From Macrostomum lignano (Eukaryota), in contig NIVC01003329.1 in the NCBI GenBank assembly GCA_002269645.1, forward strand, positions 39,833 through 103,832: a stretch of DNA of 64,000 nt. Direction: 5' to 3'. This document shows, one piece after another, positions 37,001 to 49,000 of this stretch. The translations under genes and the position numbers were made by a program. Every line of letters begins with the position of its first letter. Positions within the stretch are counted from its first letter, which is position 1. The notes beneath the pieces were generated by a model that was not told the DNA's origin, did no database searches, and saw only the letters and a list, made by a program, of their open reading frames with translations.

Positions 37001-40000
37001 CCGCTGGCCAGAGGAGGGCCGGACATCTACGCCAGCCTGTTCGGGACCAGAGCCGACAACCGAGGTTTGATTCGGCCGGAGCCCAGCGGCCCCCATCAGC
37101 GCTGCTCATCCCGGAATTTCTGGACGAGAGGCAGCAGTCGGGAGGATGGCTGACACAGGAACGTGGTCGCCTGACTCTGAAAGGCGCAACGCCGAGCCTG
37201 TCCGGAGTCAACTTCGGCCAGTGGGTGGCTGCCAACGCGCGGATCATGCAGCGACTGCTGGAGACCGGCCAGCTGGTGGCGCCCGGTACGGATGGACAGC
37301 CCGACTGCAAGAGTCTGAACGCCTACCTCAACTTTAACATCCACATCGGCGAGCTGCTCGACGCTGGCTACGACTGGAAGGTGGTGCTCCAGTACGACCA
37401 GGACATGAGGCTGCAGCAGCACTCGCGACAGCGCGACTGGGACAGCCCCGATCTGAACCTCATCATCAAGCATATGACGGCGCCCAAAAACCTGCGAGCT
37501 GCTGGCCCAGTCGCGGTCGGTCAAGGAGTCCAGGGTCACCGTAGCAGGGGCCAGCTGTCATCCGCTGGACAGGTCATCTGCGGCTTGTTCAATAGCAACA
37601 AAGGCTGTCACAGACACACCTGCAATTTCGCCCACATCTGCCGCATCTGCGAAGGGAGCCACTCAAAGCTGCAACACAGCTCGGTGGCTGCCGAATCAAA
37701 AAACTGAGCAAAGAGGCGGGTCGCGGCGGCACCAGTTTTAGCCCTAAGCGGACGGCGTCTGATAGACAGTCCAAAATTTTAATTCCATGCGAGACAGCTG
37801 CTCGCACTGCCACTGGCCCTGCCGCTCGCCCTGCCACTCGCCTTGCCGCTCGACCTGCCACTCGCCCTGCCGCTCGCCCTGCCTCTCGCCCTGCCGCTCG
37901 CCATGCCACTCGCCCTGCCACTCGCCCTGCCGCCGGCCCTGCCGCCGGCCCTGCTGCCGGCCCTACTGCCGGCCCTGCTGCCGTTCCTGCTGCCGGCCCT
38001 GCTGCCGGCCCTGCTGCCGTTCCTGCTGCCGGTCCTGCTGCCGGCCCTGCTGCCGGCCCTGCCGCCGGTCCTGCTGCCGGCCCTGCTGCCGGTCCTGCTG
38101 CCGGCCCTGCCGCCGGTCCTGCTGCCGTTCCTGCTGCCGGTCCTGCTGCCGGCCCTGCTGCCGGCCCTGCCGCCGGTCCTGCTGCCGGCCCTGCTGCCGG
38201 TCCTGCTGCCGGCCCTGCTGCCGGCCCTGCTGCCGGCCCTGCTGCCGGCCCTGCTGCCGGTCCTGCTGCCGGCCCTGCTGCCGGTCCTGCTGCCGGCCCT
38301 GCTGCCGGCCCAGCCGCCGGCCCTGCCGCCGGTCCTGCTGCCGGCCCAGCCGCCGGCCCTGCCGCCGGTCCTGCTGCCGGCCCAGCCGCTGGCCCTGCCG
38401 CCGGCCCTGCCGCCGGCCCCGCTGCCGGCCCTGCTGCCGGCCCTGCTGCCGGTCCTGCTGCCGGCGCTGCTGCCGGCCCTGTTGCCGGCCCGGTGGCTGC
38501 ACTCCGAAAACGTTGGCCGCTGTTAACTGCTGCTTGGACACCAGTCCTGCTCGGAGACTCGGACGCGGAGTTTCTGATCGCGGGAATTCGCGATGGCTTT
38601 CGCATCACCGACGCGGCTCCGACCAGCGAATCCCAGCTCGAAAATCATGCATCCGCCCGCTGCGAGGCAAATCGGAATGCCGTTGAGCTGCAGATCAGAG
38701 AGGAGGTCGTGGCTGGCCGGTACATCAGCGCAACTGACTTGGGCATCGCCAGGCCGACCATCATCAGCCCACTGGGCGCCGTCCCGAAGGCAGACGGCGC
38801 CATCCGCCTGATTCACGACGCGTCCGCGCCACAGGGCAACAGCCTCAACGATCTGTACAAGCCCCGCCAGAAGATGAAGTTTGCCAATGTCGAGGATCTC
38901 ACCAGGCAGCTGGCACCAAGCTGGTTCATCAGCAAGGTCGACCTACGCCACGCCTACCGAAGTGTTCAGGTGCACCCAGACTGCTATAAGGCGACGGGGC
39001 TCCGGTGGACGTTCGAGCTGGACGGTCAGCCCACTTATCTGGTTGACACGCGACTCCCATTCGGTGCGGCGGCATCAGTCAACATTTTCCACCGCCTAAC
39101 GCAAGCTGTCAAGCGCTTTATGTACAGGCAATTCTCGCATCTGTCCAAATTCGTCGTCATCGCATACCTCGACGATTTCTGCATAGCTGCCCGGGACTAC
39201 GAGGTCTGCCTGCAGCTGCACAATTTTCTGCTGGTCACCCTGCAGCGCCTCGGCTTTGAGATCAACTGGGCCAAGACGCAGAGCCCAGCCACTTCGGTCA
39301 CTTTCCTGGGTGTGCAGATCGACACATTGACTGGCCTGCTGTCACTGCCCGCCAAGAAGATGGACGGCCTTCGAGAACTTCTCCAGGACTGCGCCAACTC
39401 GAAGAGCCTGCAAAAACGTCGCCTTCAGCACCTAGTCGGCAAACTGAACTGGTTCTGCAAAGTGGCCAAACCTGCAAAGGCCCTGCTTCGCGCGCTCCTG
39501 GAGATAACCATCGCTATTCCTGAGCAGCATCATCGAGTACCGGTGCGCGGCGAGCTACTGGCCCAGTTGCAGTTCTGGCAGCATGCAATCCCAGTGTTCC
39601 CGACCGACAAGCTGTGGCGGCGTGCACGAGTGCTGGCAGCGGTCGAGACGGACGCCTGCGTCAGTGCCGGTGGCATGATCCTGAGCACCTCTGATGGCCA
39701 GCGCGAGTTCCGCCTCGTCGACTTCTGCAGTGACGCCGGTGGCATCTTCCTGAGCGAGCACATCAACGCCAAGGAGACGGTACTGCCGCTGCTCGCCATC
39801 ATTCTGTTCCAGGAGCAGCTGGCCGGCGGCAAGGTGGCCTGCTACGTCGACAGCAGCGCGGCGGTCGGCACCATCAACCGCGGTGCCTCCAGCAACCCGA
39901 TCGTCATGACCCTGCTCAAAACGGCCACTCTGGCAGCGCTGAGGCACGACTTTCAGTTTCGAGCTCACCATATGCCGGGGTCCTGGCAGCTGCTGAGCGA

Positions 40001-43000
40001 CCCGCTGTCGCGCTGCCTGACGCATCCCCGCCACATGCTGCTGTTTCTGCTGCGCTACTTCGGCCGGGCCAAGGCGCAGCCGGAAGATCTGCGCAGGGCC
40101 TGCCTCAATGAGTCAACGGCGGCCCGGTTGCTTGAGCAGGCGTCGCTCGCGCTGAGCCCCGGTCTCTGGCGCAGTTCTCGAGCGGAGCGAGTTGCGACGG
40201 CTGAAGCAGATCCCGAGCTCAGGTACGAGTCTTAGAGCTATTGCTTGGACCTGGCTTTTTTGGCTTGGTTTAATTTTTTCTGCGGCTCGTTGATTTGATT
40301 TTACACGCTTGTCTCCTTCTCCCTCTTTCTGTTGGTGTTGGGGTTCGTTTTCCCTTTCTGGGCCGCGTCTGCCGGTCTTTTGTGCCACTTGCTTTTACTC
40401 TGCGTTAGTCTTTTGGGGTTTAATACGTCAGTTTGAGGCAGGTATCTGACTCTAACTGGTTTTAAACCCCCCCCGCGCCGGCCCGGCCTCGCTTTGGTGG
40501 GTTGGTGGGGTGCTGGTGCTCTGCGTGCGTGCAGGGCTTAGGGCAGCCTCCCCCCGCTCTGTGTTATTTAGTCACGCGTCGCGGCCGCTGAGTCGGCGTA
40601 ATTTTGGCAAAATATTTTTTTCTTTTAAATTACAAAATCAATATATTTCGTCGCTTAAGGGGTTCGTTTTCCCTTTCTGGGCCGCGTCTGCCGGTCTTTT
40701 GTGCCACTTGCTTTTACTCTGCGTTAGTCTTTTGGGGTTTAATGCTATTAATAAACCAAGGATTACTGCACTTGATTAATCAAGGATTATTGCTATTAAT
40801 AAACCAAGGATTATTGCAGTTGATAAGCCAAGGATTACAGCGCTTGATAAGCCATGGATTATTGCAGTTGATAAGCCAAGGATTACAGCGCTTGATAAGC
40901 CATGGATTATTGCACTTGATAGTAAAGAATGTTGCACTTGATAAGCCAAGGATTACTGCACTCGATAAGCCAAGGATTATTGCTATTAATAAACCAAGGA
41001 TTACTGCACTCAATAAACCAAGGACTATTGCTCTTGGCAAACCAAGGATTACTGCACTCGATAAGCCATGGATTATTGCTATTAATAAACCAAGGATTAT
41101 GCACTTGGCAAACCAAGGATTACTGCACTCGATAAGCCAAGGATTATTGCTATTAATAAACCAAGGATTACTGCACTCGATAAGCCAAGGATTATTATAA
41201 GCCAAGGATTATTGCTATTAATAAACCAAGGATTATGCACTTGGCAAACCAAGGATTACTGCACTCGATAAGCCAAGGATTATTGCTATTAATAAACCAA
41301 GGATTACTGCACTCAATAAACCAAGGACTATTGCTCTTGGCAAACCAAGGATTACTGCACTCGATAAGCCATGGATTATTGCTATTAATAAACCAAGGAT
41401 TACTGCACTCGATAAGCCAAGGATTATTGCTATTAATAAACCAAGGATTACTGCACTCGATAAGCCAAGGATTATTGTAAACCAAGGATTACTGCACTCG
41501 ATAAACCAAGGATTATTGCTCTTAATAAACTAAGGATTACTGCACTCGATAAGCCAAGGATTATTGCTATTAATAAACCAAGGATTACTGCACTCGATAA
41601 GCCAAGGATTATTGATATTAATAAACCAAGGATTACTGCACTCGATAAGCCAAGGATTATTGCTATTAATAAACCAAGGATTACTGCACTCGATAGCCAA
41701 GGATTACTGCGCTTGATAAGCTTGGCTACATGTATAGGATTATTTCTATCCAGGGATGCTTGTTATTTAGGGATTCTTGCTATGTGCAGGATGCTTGCTA
41801 TCTGGAAGGATGCTTCTACATTATTTGGGGGATGCTTGCTATCTGGAAGGATGCTTCTACATTATTTGGGGTATGCTTGCTATCTGCAAGATGCTTGCTA
41901 TCTGCAAGATGCTTGCTATCTGCAAGATGCTTGCTATCTGCAAGATGCTTGCTATCTGCAGATGCTTGCTATCTGGGTGGATGCTTGCTAGGAGTATTAG
42001 GGGATGCTTGCTATCTGGGTGGATGCTTGCTAGGAGTATTAGGGGATGCTTGCTACTGGGGGGATGCTTGCTGTCTTGGGAATATTTTCTATTTAGGGGT
42101 AATGACTGTGATCTTTGTGAAAGCTATATTTTCTTGTCTGTTTATTAATTTTACCAATCTTGTTGGCGAAGCCTTCTGCAAAAACATCTTAGTTCTTATC
42201 CTTTTGACTATAGCTTTGAACTGTTCTGTCATTATTCGATAATTCGTTGGAAATTAATAAAGACGATATTGTTCAGTTTAATAGACTAATTTAGTTTAAT
42301 TTAAAACAAATTTATTGTGTCATAACTGCTTCGTGTTAGTAGTAGTAGTAGCAGCGATTGTTTTAATCAACTCGAATGATTGCATTAGGTCCAATTTCAT
42401 TTCAGTCAGAACTTAGTATGCATGATTCTCTCAGATTCCATTTTGCTAATACGTGTATTAGATTTTTCGTTGCAAATTAATAAAGACGATATTAAACAAG
42501 AAAGGGTAACACATTTTCTTTTCAAGATATTTTATTCTCAAATAAGATTTATTTAAGAAATCTTAAATAAGCATAAGCAGGCTGCTGCTGTCACTTGTGC
42601 TTGTCCGAGTTGTCCGGCCGTTGCTTGTGCTGCTGCTGTTGCTGCTTCTCCTGTTGCTCCTGCTGCTGTTGCTGCTTCTCCTGCTGCTTCTCCTGGCGGA
42701 CGTAATTATGTAGTGAATTGCATTTCGCCACTTTGTGGTTGCCTCCGCAGAAGTAACAGGCCACAGCTATGAAAGGAAGTAAGGATGGTTAAATTGTTAA
42801 TTTTAGAATAAAAACAGTATGTTTAATTGGTTGGCGATTGATTGGTTTGTTTGCTGCTCAGAGTCAAGAGGAAGAAAGAAAGCAAGTTCTAGGAGGTTAG
42901 TGATTAAATGATAAAGTAGTAACCCACAATACGTGCAATACTTACGTTTTCGGGGATGGCGCGGGCGGCGCTGTTGACTCTCTACGATAGTTACTTTCAT

Positions 43001-46000
43001 TGAGTATGTTAAATATGTAATCCAAATATACTGAATAAATTTATTACTTTTGCTTTTTGGATATCTTAAGTTGGCGTAGAGTAAGAATCTACAATATATA
43101 TATATATAGCAAAACTTTCTGGGGTGGGTTGGTGCTGGCCCAACCCGATTGGCCGTTTCGTGTGGGGATTAGCCACTCAGGGCTGAGGTGGACAAATGAA
43201 GCTAAGCAAGAGTGACGGCAGTGGCTGGACGGGTTGGGGCTGAGCTATGCACGGCTTAGGAGTGAAGCTCACACAGGTCAGAGAGAAGGGTGAGAGCGCA
43301 GTTTTGGTTGGGTGACTTAAGCCAAGCTGGGCCTGGGGAGATTGAATCAAAACCAGTTTGAAGCGGTAAACAACACAGAATACCCTGCACTTTTTAATTG
43401 TTGCTACTTTCTTAGCCATTGCAATGACTCAGGAGTAAACTCCGGGGTTATGGTTGATTGCAAGTAAGAATTAGGAGGGGTGGTGGAGATAGGCGCGAGA
43501 TTATAGAGCTAATGAGACGGCGGGTATAAACAGAGAAAAGAATAAGAAGACTGAATTAGATGAAAAAGGGTGAGAAAATGGAGTAAGCACAGACAAGTTC
43601 AGATGAACTGGATAAATGACTAAGAAAGTTAATGCTGCTTTTCATGAGTGTGAAAAACGATAAGTCGCAGACAACGAGGGGTTGGTCGTGGGAGTTCAAT
43701 TAGCATCGTGTGATCACGCCACAAGGTCCAGAGTCCACCCACCCCAGCCGATTTAGTCTGGAAACGAAGAGATTGCACAGGGAGGGAGTGTTATCTGTGT
43801 TCTGATTGGCTGTTTAGTTGTGTGGGGTTGACTGCTGGTGATTGGGGTGTGGGCTTGACTATTTAAATTGAAATGGATTGCAAACTGTGAGTTTAACCTG
43901 CTATTTCTACTGAAGTATTTTGCACTGCAACATTTCTAGAAGCTCTTTCTATTTTCTAAGTTTTGTTTCTACTTTGTTAAAACTGTTAAACTGAACAACT
44001 AAGCTACAATGGCGTCTACAATCACCAAGAAGATTAAGGCAAATATCTCTGGCCTGAAACTGGGCTACATGAATGCGGCGGTTACTGGCCTTGTAACCGA
44101 TTTGAAGGAGATCAGGTCCTACATGAAGAACGACGTCCGAAGCGAAGTTTTTTCATTCGTCTTGGTAGACGACTCGGCTGAGATGAGAGTCAGCGTTTTC
44201 GGCAAGGACCTGCGGTCTATTTGGGAAGTTTGCAATACTTCCGATGCTGTTCGGATAGCCGGCGGAATGGTAAAGACTTCGGATCCGAGATACAACAGCA
44301 CGAATAATCCTATGGAGGTGTCTCTTTCTGTTGACTCCAAGGGATCAATATTTCGAAGCAATGAAGTTCCGACTGTTAGTGAACGGGCGTGTAACTATAC
44401 GCGAATAAGCGACCTTCAAAACGTACGCCTGCAAGAGTGAGTTGCATTGTATCTATACTTGTATTTATTGTATAGACACAGTATACAATATTATTATATG
44501 TAAAATAGACATAATAGTATAGCATATTGGAAAATAGAGAATTGTATAGGCAATTGTGTAGCACTGTAGTGTATGTTCGGCTTTTATAAATTATTTTGAC
44601 TAGATTAGCAATCTATTGTATGCCTTCATTCCTTGATGTTGGCTAGACTAGCAGTCCATTATATTCATTCGTCTATTGATGTAGGTAGGAATAGGATTCA
44701 AATGAACTTCAAAAGGCGTTTTTGAGGTTTTAAAAGACTTTTAAAACTGTCCCCTCTGTATTGCCTTTTATTAGAAATGTCGATGTCCTTGGAGCAATCG
44801 ACGCACTGCAGCCGCCCGAGGAAGTCATGACGAAGGCTGGGAAGCGGATAAACGTAGCCAAAGTGACTCTTGTTGACCAGTCCTGTCGTTCTGTCTCCTG
44901 CACATTTTGGGGGTCGTCCTCCGATCAAGCTGTCAACTGGAGTGTCGGCGACATTTTGTCGATACGACGAGCAAAAGTACAAGAGTACGCTGGCGCTGTT
45001 GTACTTGGATGTACTGGCTCTGAAGTTCGGCTCAACTCGGACGACACCGAGGTTACGAATTTGACTGACTGGTACACGAATGCTAAGCAGAGCGATACTG
45101 AGTTTCAACCTCTGGGTGCTCCGTGTCCATCAGGCGCGGTTGGCGGCTCTTCTGACCAAAGGGGAAGCAACAGGTGAGTTATTATGCAACTACCGGTATC
45201 GCACGAATCCTTCCGGGATGTAGACGAAATTGTCTTGGACTTTGGAGAAGGAATAAAGGTGCGCGTGTTCATTGTACATGTAACTTATTTAATGTTTAGT
45301 ATCTTTCTGTAGTACAGATCTATTCACTCTAAGTTGCTACAGTATTGTATATTACTCGGTCAAGAATGTATAAAATTCAGTTTTAAGCAAACTTGTAAAT
45401 TTTTGTTTATTAATTTTACCTTTCTACAGAAACTATACAGACTGGTGCCGTCTTGTGAGAGCCAACTCGAGTCAACACGAATCGACTGGAGTACGCAGGC
45501 TGATGAAACAAGCAGAATGTCATGCGAAGATTTCTCTGGCAGTTCAAGAAATCAGTGAGTTATTGAAGCACATGTGTTGAAAAGCCATCACAAGTAAATT
45601 TTAGCATGGAAAAAGAATTGCTACCTTGGCCCTACATGCTAAAATTCCTGCTGCATTGGCACTGGCATGAATATGAAGTACCTTTAGATTGGGTGCGTAA
45701 GTCAAAATTGGAGACTGAAATTTAGGATATGGGGTATTTAAGATATAGTTGGACTGATGATACCTTAATTGCAGTTTTGGTAATCCAATAGCAAGTATCT
45801 AATTTTCCCTTCTCTTCCCTTCACTTCTATGAGTGTCTTCGACTTGTACTGTGCATTCTAAGAATCCCTTCCACAGTGCATTCTAAGAATCCCTTCCACA
45901 GTGCATTCTAAGAATCCCTTCTACAGTGCATTCTAAGAATCCCTTCCACAGCATCTGACAATGCCAGCTAATAGGATATCTGAGAATGTCAGCCAATGGG

Positions 46001-49000
46001 ATTTCTGAGAATTTCAGCTAATGGGATTTCTGAGAATTTCAGCTAATGGTATATCTGAGAATGTCAGCTAATGGGATTTCTGACAATGTCAGCTAATGGG
46101 ATTTCTGACAATGTCAGCTAATGCGATTTCTGAGAATTTCAGCTAATGGGATTTCTGACAATGTCAGCTAATGGGATTTCTGAGAATGTCAGCTAATGGG
46201 ATTTTTGAGAATGTCAGCTAATGGGATATTTGACAATGTCAGCTAGCTATTGGGATATCTGAGAATGTCAGCTAATGGGATATCTGACAATGTCAGCTAA
46301 TGGTATTTCGAAGAATTTCAGCTAGCTATTGGGATATCTGAGAATGTCAGCTAATGGGATATCTGACAATGTCAGCTACTGGTATTTCGGAGAATTTCAG
46401 CTAGCTACTGGGATTTCTGAGAATGTCAGCTAATGGGATATCTGACAATGTCAGCTACTGGTATTTCGGAGAATTTCAGCTAGCTACTGGGATTTCTGAG
46501 AATGTCAGCTAATGGGATTTCTGAGAATTTTAGCTATCTTCTTTAGAACATTAAGGGTGAGGTGTTACATTATCGCAGGGTGTATTTTTGCCACTGCCAA
46601 TGTTGATAGCAGGCTGGCTGCAGACGTGCTGGGCCTGACAGAGAGTTGGTTGAAATGGACATTTCGCTGCTTTGTATGTCCCTGGTAGATTTCTTCCACT
46701 CTATTACGTGGGCCAATCCAGAAGTTCATGGTAATTACCGGTGCATTTGTGCAGATTAAGGAAGGGATTTTGTTATGTCTGCTCGTTAGAATAGAATTTG
46801 AATTCTACTAATTTGTGAAATTATTGGACTCATTTTCCAGGCGATATGGAAATTCAATCAAATAATGTTCTGATTGTGGGTTGAGCCGGAGAAAGTCGTA
46901 ATAGTTGGATGATAAAAGCTCAATAAGAGTCCTGTCCCAAAGCGATAGGAAAATTCTGATTGATTTTCTGATTGAGGGGTTGAGCCAGAGACAGTCTTGA
47001 TAGTTCAGTAAGAATCCTGTCCATATTCTGCTGAGGGGTTCGGCCAGAGAGTCTGGTAGTGCGGTGAGAGAAGCTCAAATTGGCAGCTTTTTGTGGTGGG
47101 AGAAATTTTCTGATTGCATGAACTTTTGGAATGGCCCTCGTACATGCAAATGCAGCCAGAGGGGGTTGAAGCAGCCTTTGCAAACCCCAGATAGTCTGTT
47201 GTGATGGCTTTAACTCTGCCGAAGCCAGTCCCAAGCCTGGTTGCAAAAAGAGGAGGGTTGCAAACTGTTCTTACATGCTCATTAGTAATGCCTGAAATTT
47301 ACATGCCCCAAGTGAATGCCTCTGTCCAGCTGTGCAGACTAAAGCAAGCCAACAAGTGGTAAGATTGACACCAATGAAAAATTCTTAACAGAATTTGTGC
47401 AATGGTACCATCTTGTTGGCGAAGCCTTCTGCAAAAACATCTTAGTTCTTATCCTTTTATGACTTTGCAATTGTAAATATACGGAGTAAATAAAATGACT
47501 ACTTGCATTTGATTGCGTTTTTAAATTTGCTATTAACATTACAGTGCAGAGTTTTTCTTGTTTTCGTCTGAATACGCAGAGGAAAGGATTATTGAGTACT
47601 AATTAATGGGAGACTGCTCCCTAATTTGTGACTGTAAAGAAGAATGAAAATTTTATATACTAAAATATTTATTGTCAGCCATTCTGACTTTTTGTTAGTT
47701 AGATTGCTTCAAATGTACAGGTCTGGGTGTGTGATCAATATGGTAGCTGCAGGTTGCAGTGTTTTACATGTACTTTAAGTATATGTAGTTATGAGCGTAG
47801 TATATACTTTGTTGTACTTGTTTCCGCTAATGACTGACTGCGCCCCTCTCCACCGGCTGGGGCGCAAATGAAGAAGTTATTCCGACACTGTACGTTGCTA
47901 AGTACACTGGCGTGTCCCCCCTGGGGGAATGGGTAGGCGTATATGATAGTACAGTCTTGTCAGGCAGCTAGAAAAGTTTGGTTGAGAATTTTTTAACAAG
48001 CCTCTTTACTGGGGCGCCAACGATGTCGAATTTTTTCCAAAGCGCAGTACATGCTAAGTACACTGGCTTATGCCCCCTATTCCCTATTATCTGGGGTAAT
48101 GAGAGTGAAAGCGGCCCAAGCACAGGTTCGTTTTTATTACGTTAAAAATCTATACATTAATCACACACTTGTTTCGCAGTTAAGGAATTAATCAAGTGGA
48201 GTTGAATATGTCGATGAAAAATTTAGTGTAGGAGTCGCACAGATATATTGCATCAGTTAACCAGAGCTGTGAATCCATGTATTTCAAAGTTGTATGCATG
48301 ATTTGCAAAATGGGTCAAACCAAAGTCGTAAATAACTTACTAGAGTTGAGTGGCGAGTGACTTAAAATAAAATTTCGTTTTAATTACCGTATGAGAGAAT
48401 AAAGATTAAAAGGGTTAGGAGCACATGCAAACTGCAAAAAAGAACTGTAGCTAAAAGGAAATTAGGCTGTGGGAAAATATTGGTATTTGAGTCGCAATTT
48501 TAAAAGTACAAAAGTACAAAATCTAAATTACGGAAACAATACTTTTAACAAGTCAAACCAATTAATTATACGTCATTGTACTAGGCAATATCCACTATCA
48601 AATAACCACACTGGCTCCAAATACAATAACATTGTCGACACAATGTTTTTGTCTGTAACCGTTAAAACAGTTAACAGCAGACATCATTAAAATTGGTGCA
48701 ACGCCAGTGACTCCCTGCATGATAGGCAACTGTTGCCTTTGGCCTTTGGGAAACAAATTTTTTTTAGCTGTAGTTGCTTTTCCAGCCGTTGCAGAGCGTA
48801 CTGCTTGCACCGCAACAGAAGTAGTACGCTATTGCTCTGAAAGAAGGCAAGTAGGTTGAATTGTCAGTTTTTTAAATTCTACACAAGCATGTTTTATTGG
48901 TACATAAGCCCCAGGGCCAGAATTAAAATGAGAATTCGATTCCTAGCCCCCTCCCTAAGAATTCTTTTTATTTTAAAGGATTCGTCCCTTGCTTATTTGC

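Larger units (their letters stand above)
36455..40743 (+). mobile_element. Ngaro-type (DIRS order) retrotransposon, 4289 bp, lacking the tyrosine recombinase ORF
   Basis: Split direct repeats A1 36455-36649, B1 40340-40424, A2 40425-40619, B2 40659-40743, with A1=A2 and B1=B2 identical. No TSD; the host repeat is split as ..GGATTATT|GCTATT.. Confidence 0.92.

Noticed and set aside
37589-38686. ORFs 37589-38608 (-), 37787-38686 (Cys-rich) and 37843-38526
   Set aside because: Alternative-frame or antisense shadows of the 12-bp repeat in ORF2
40130-40235. GLWRSS...Y at the end of ORF2 as a fused tyrosine-recombinase remnant
   Set aside because: Too short; the R and HxxR catalytic motifs are absent
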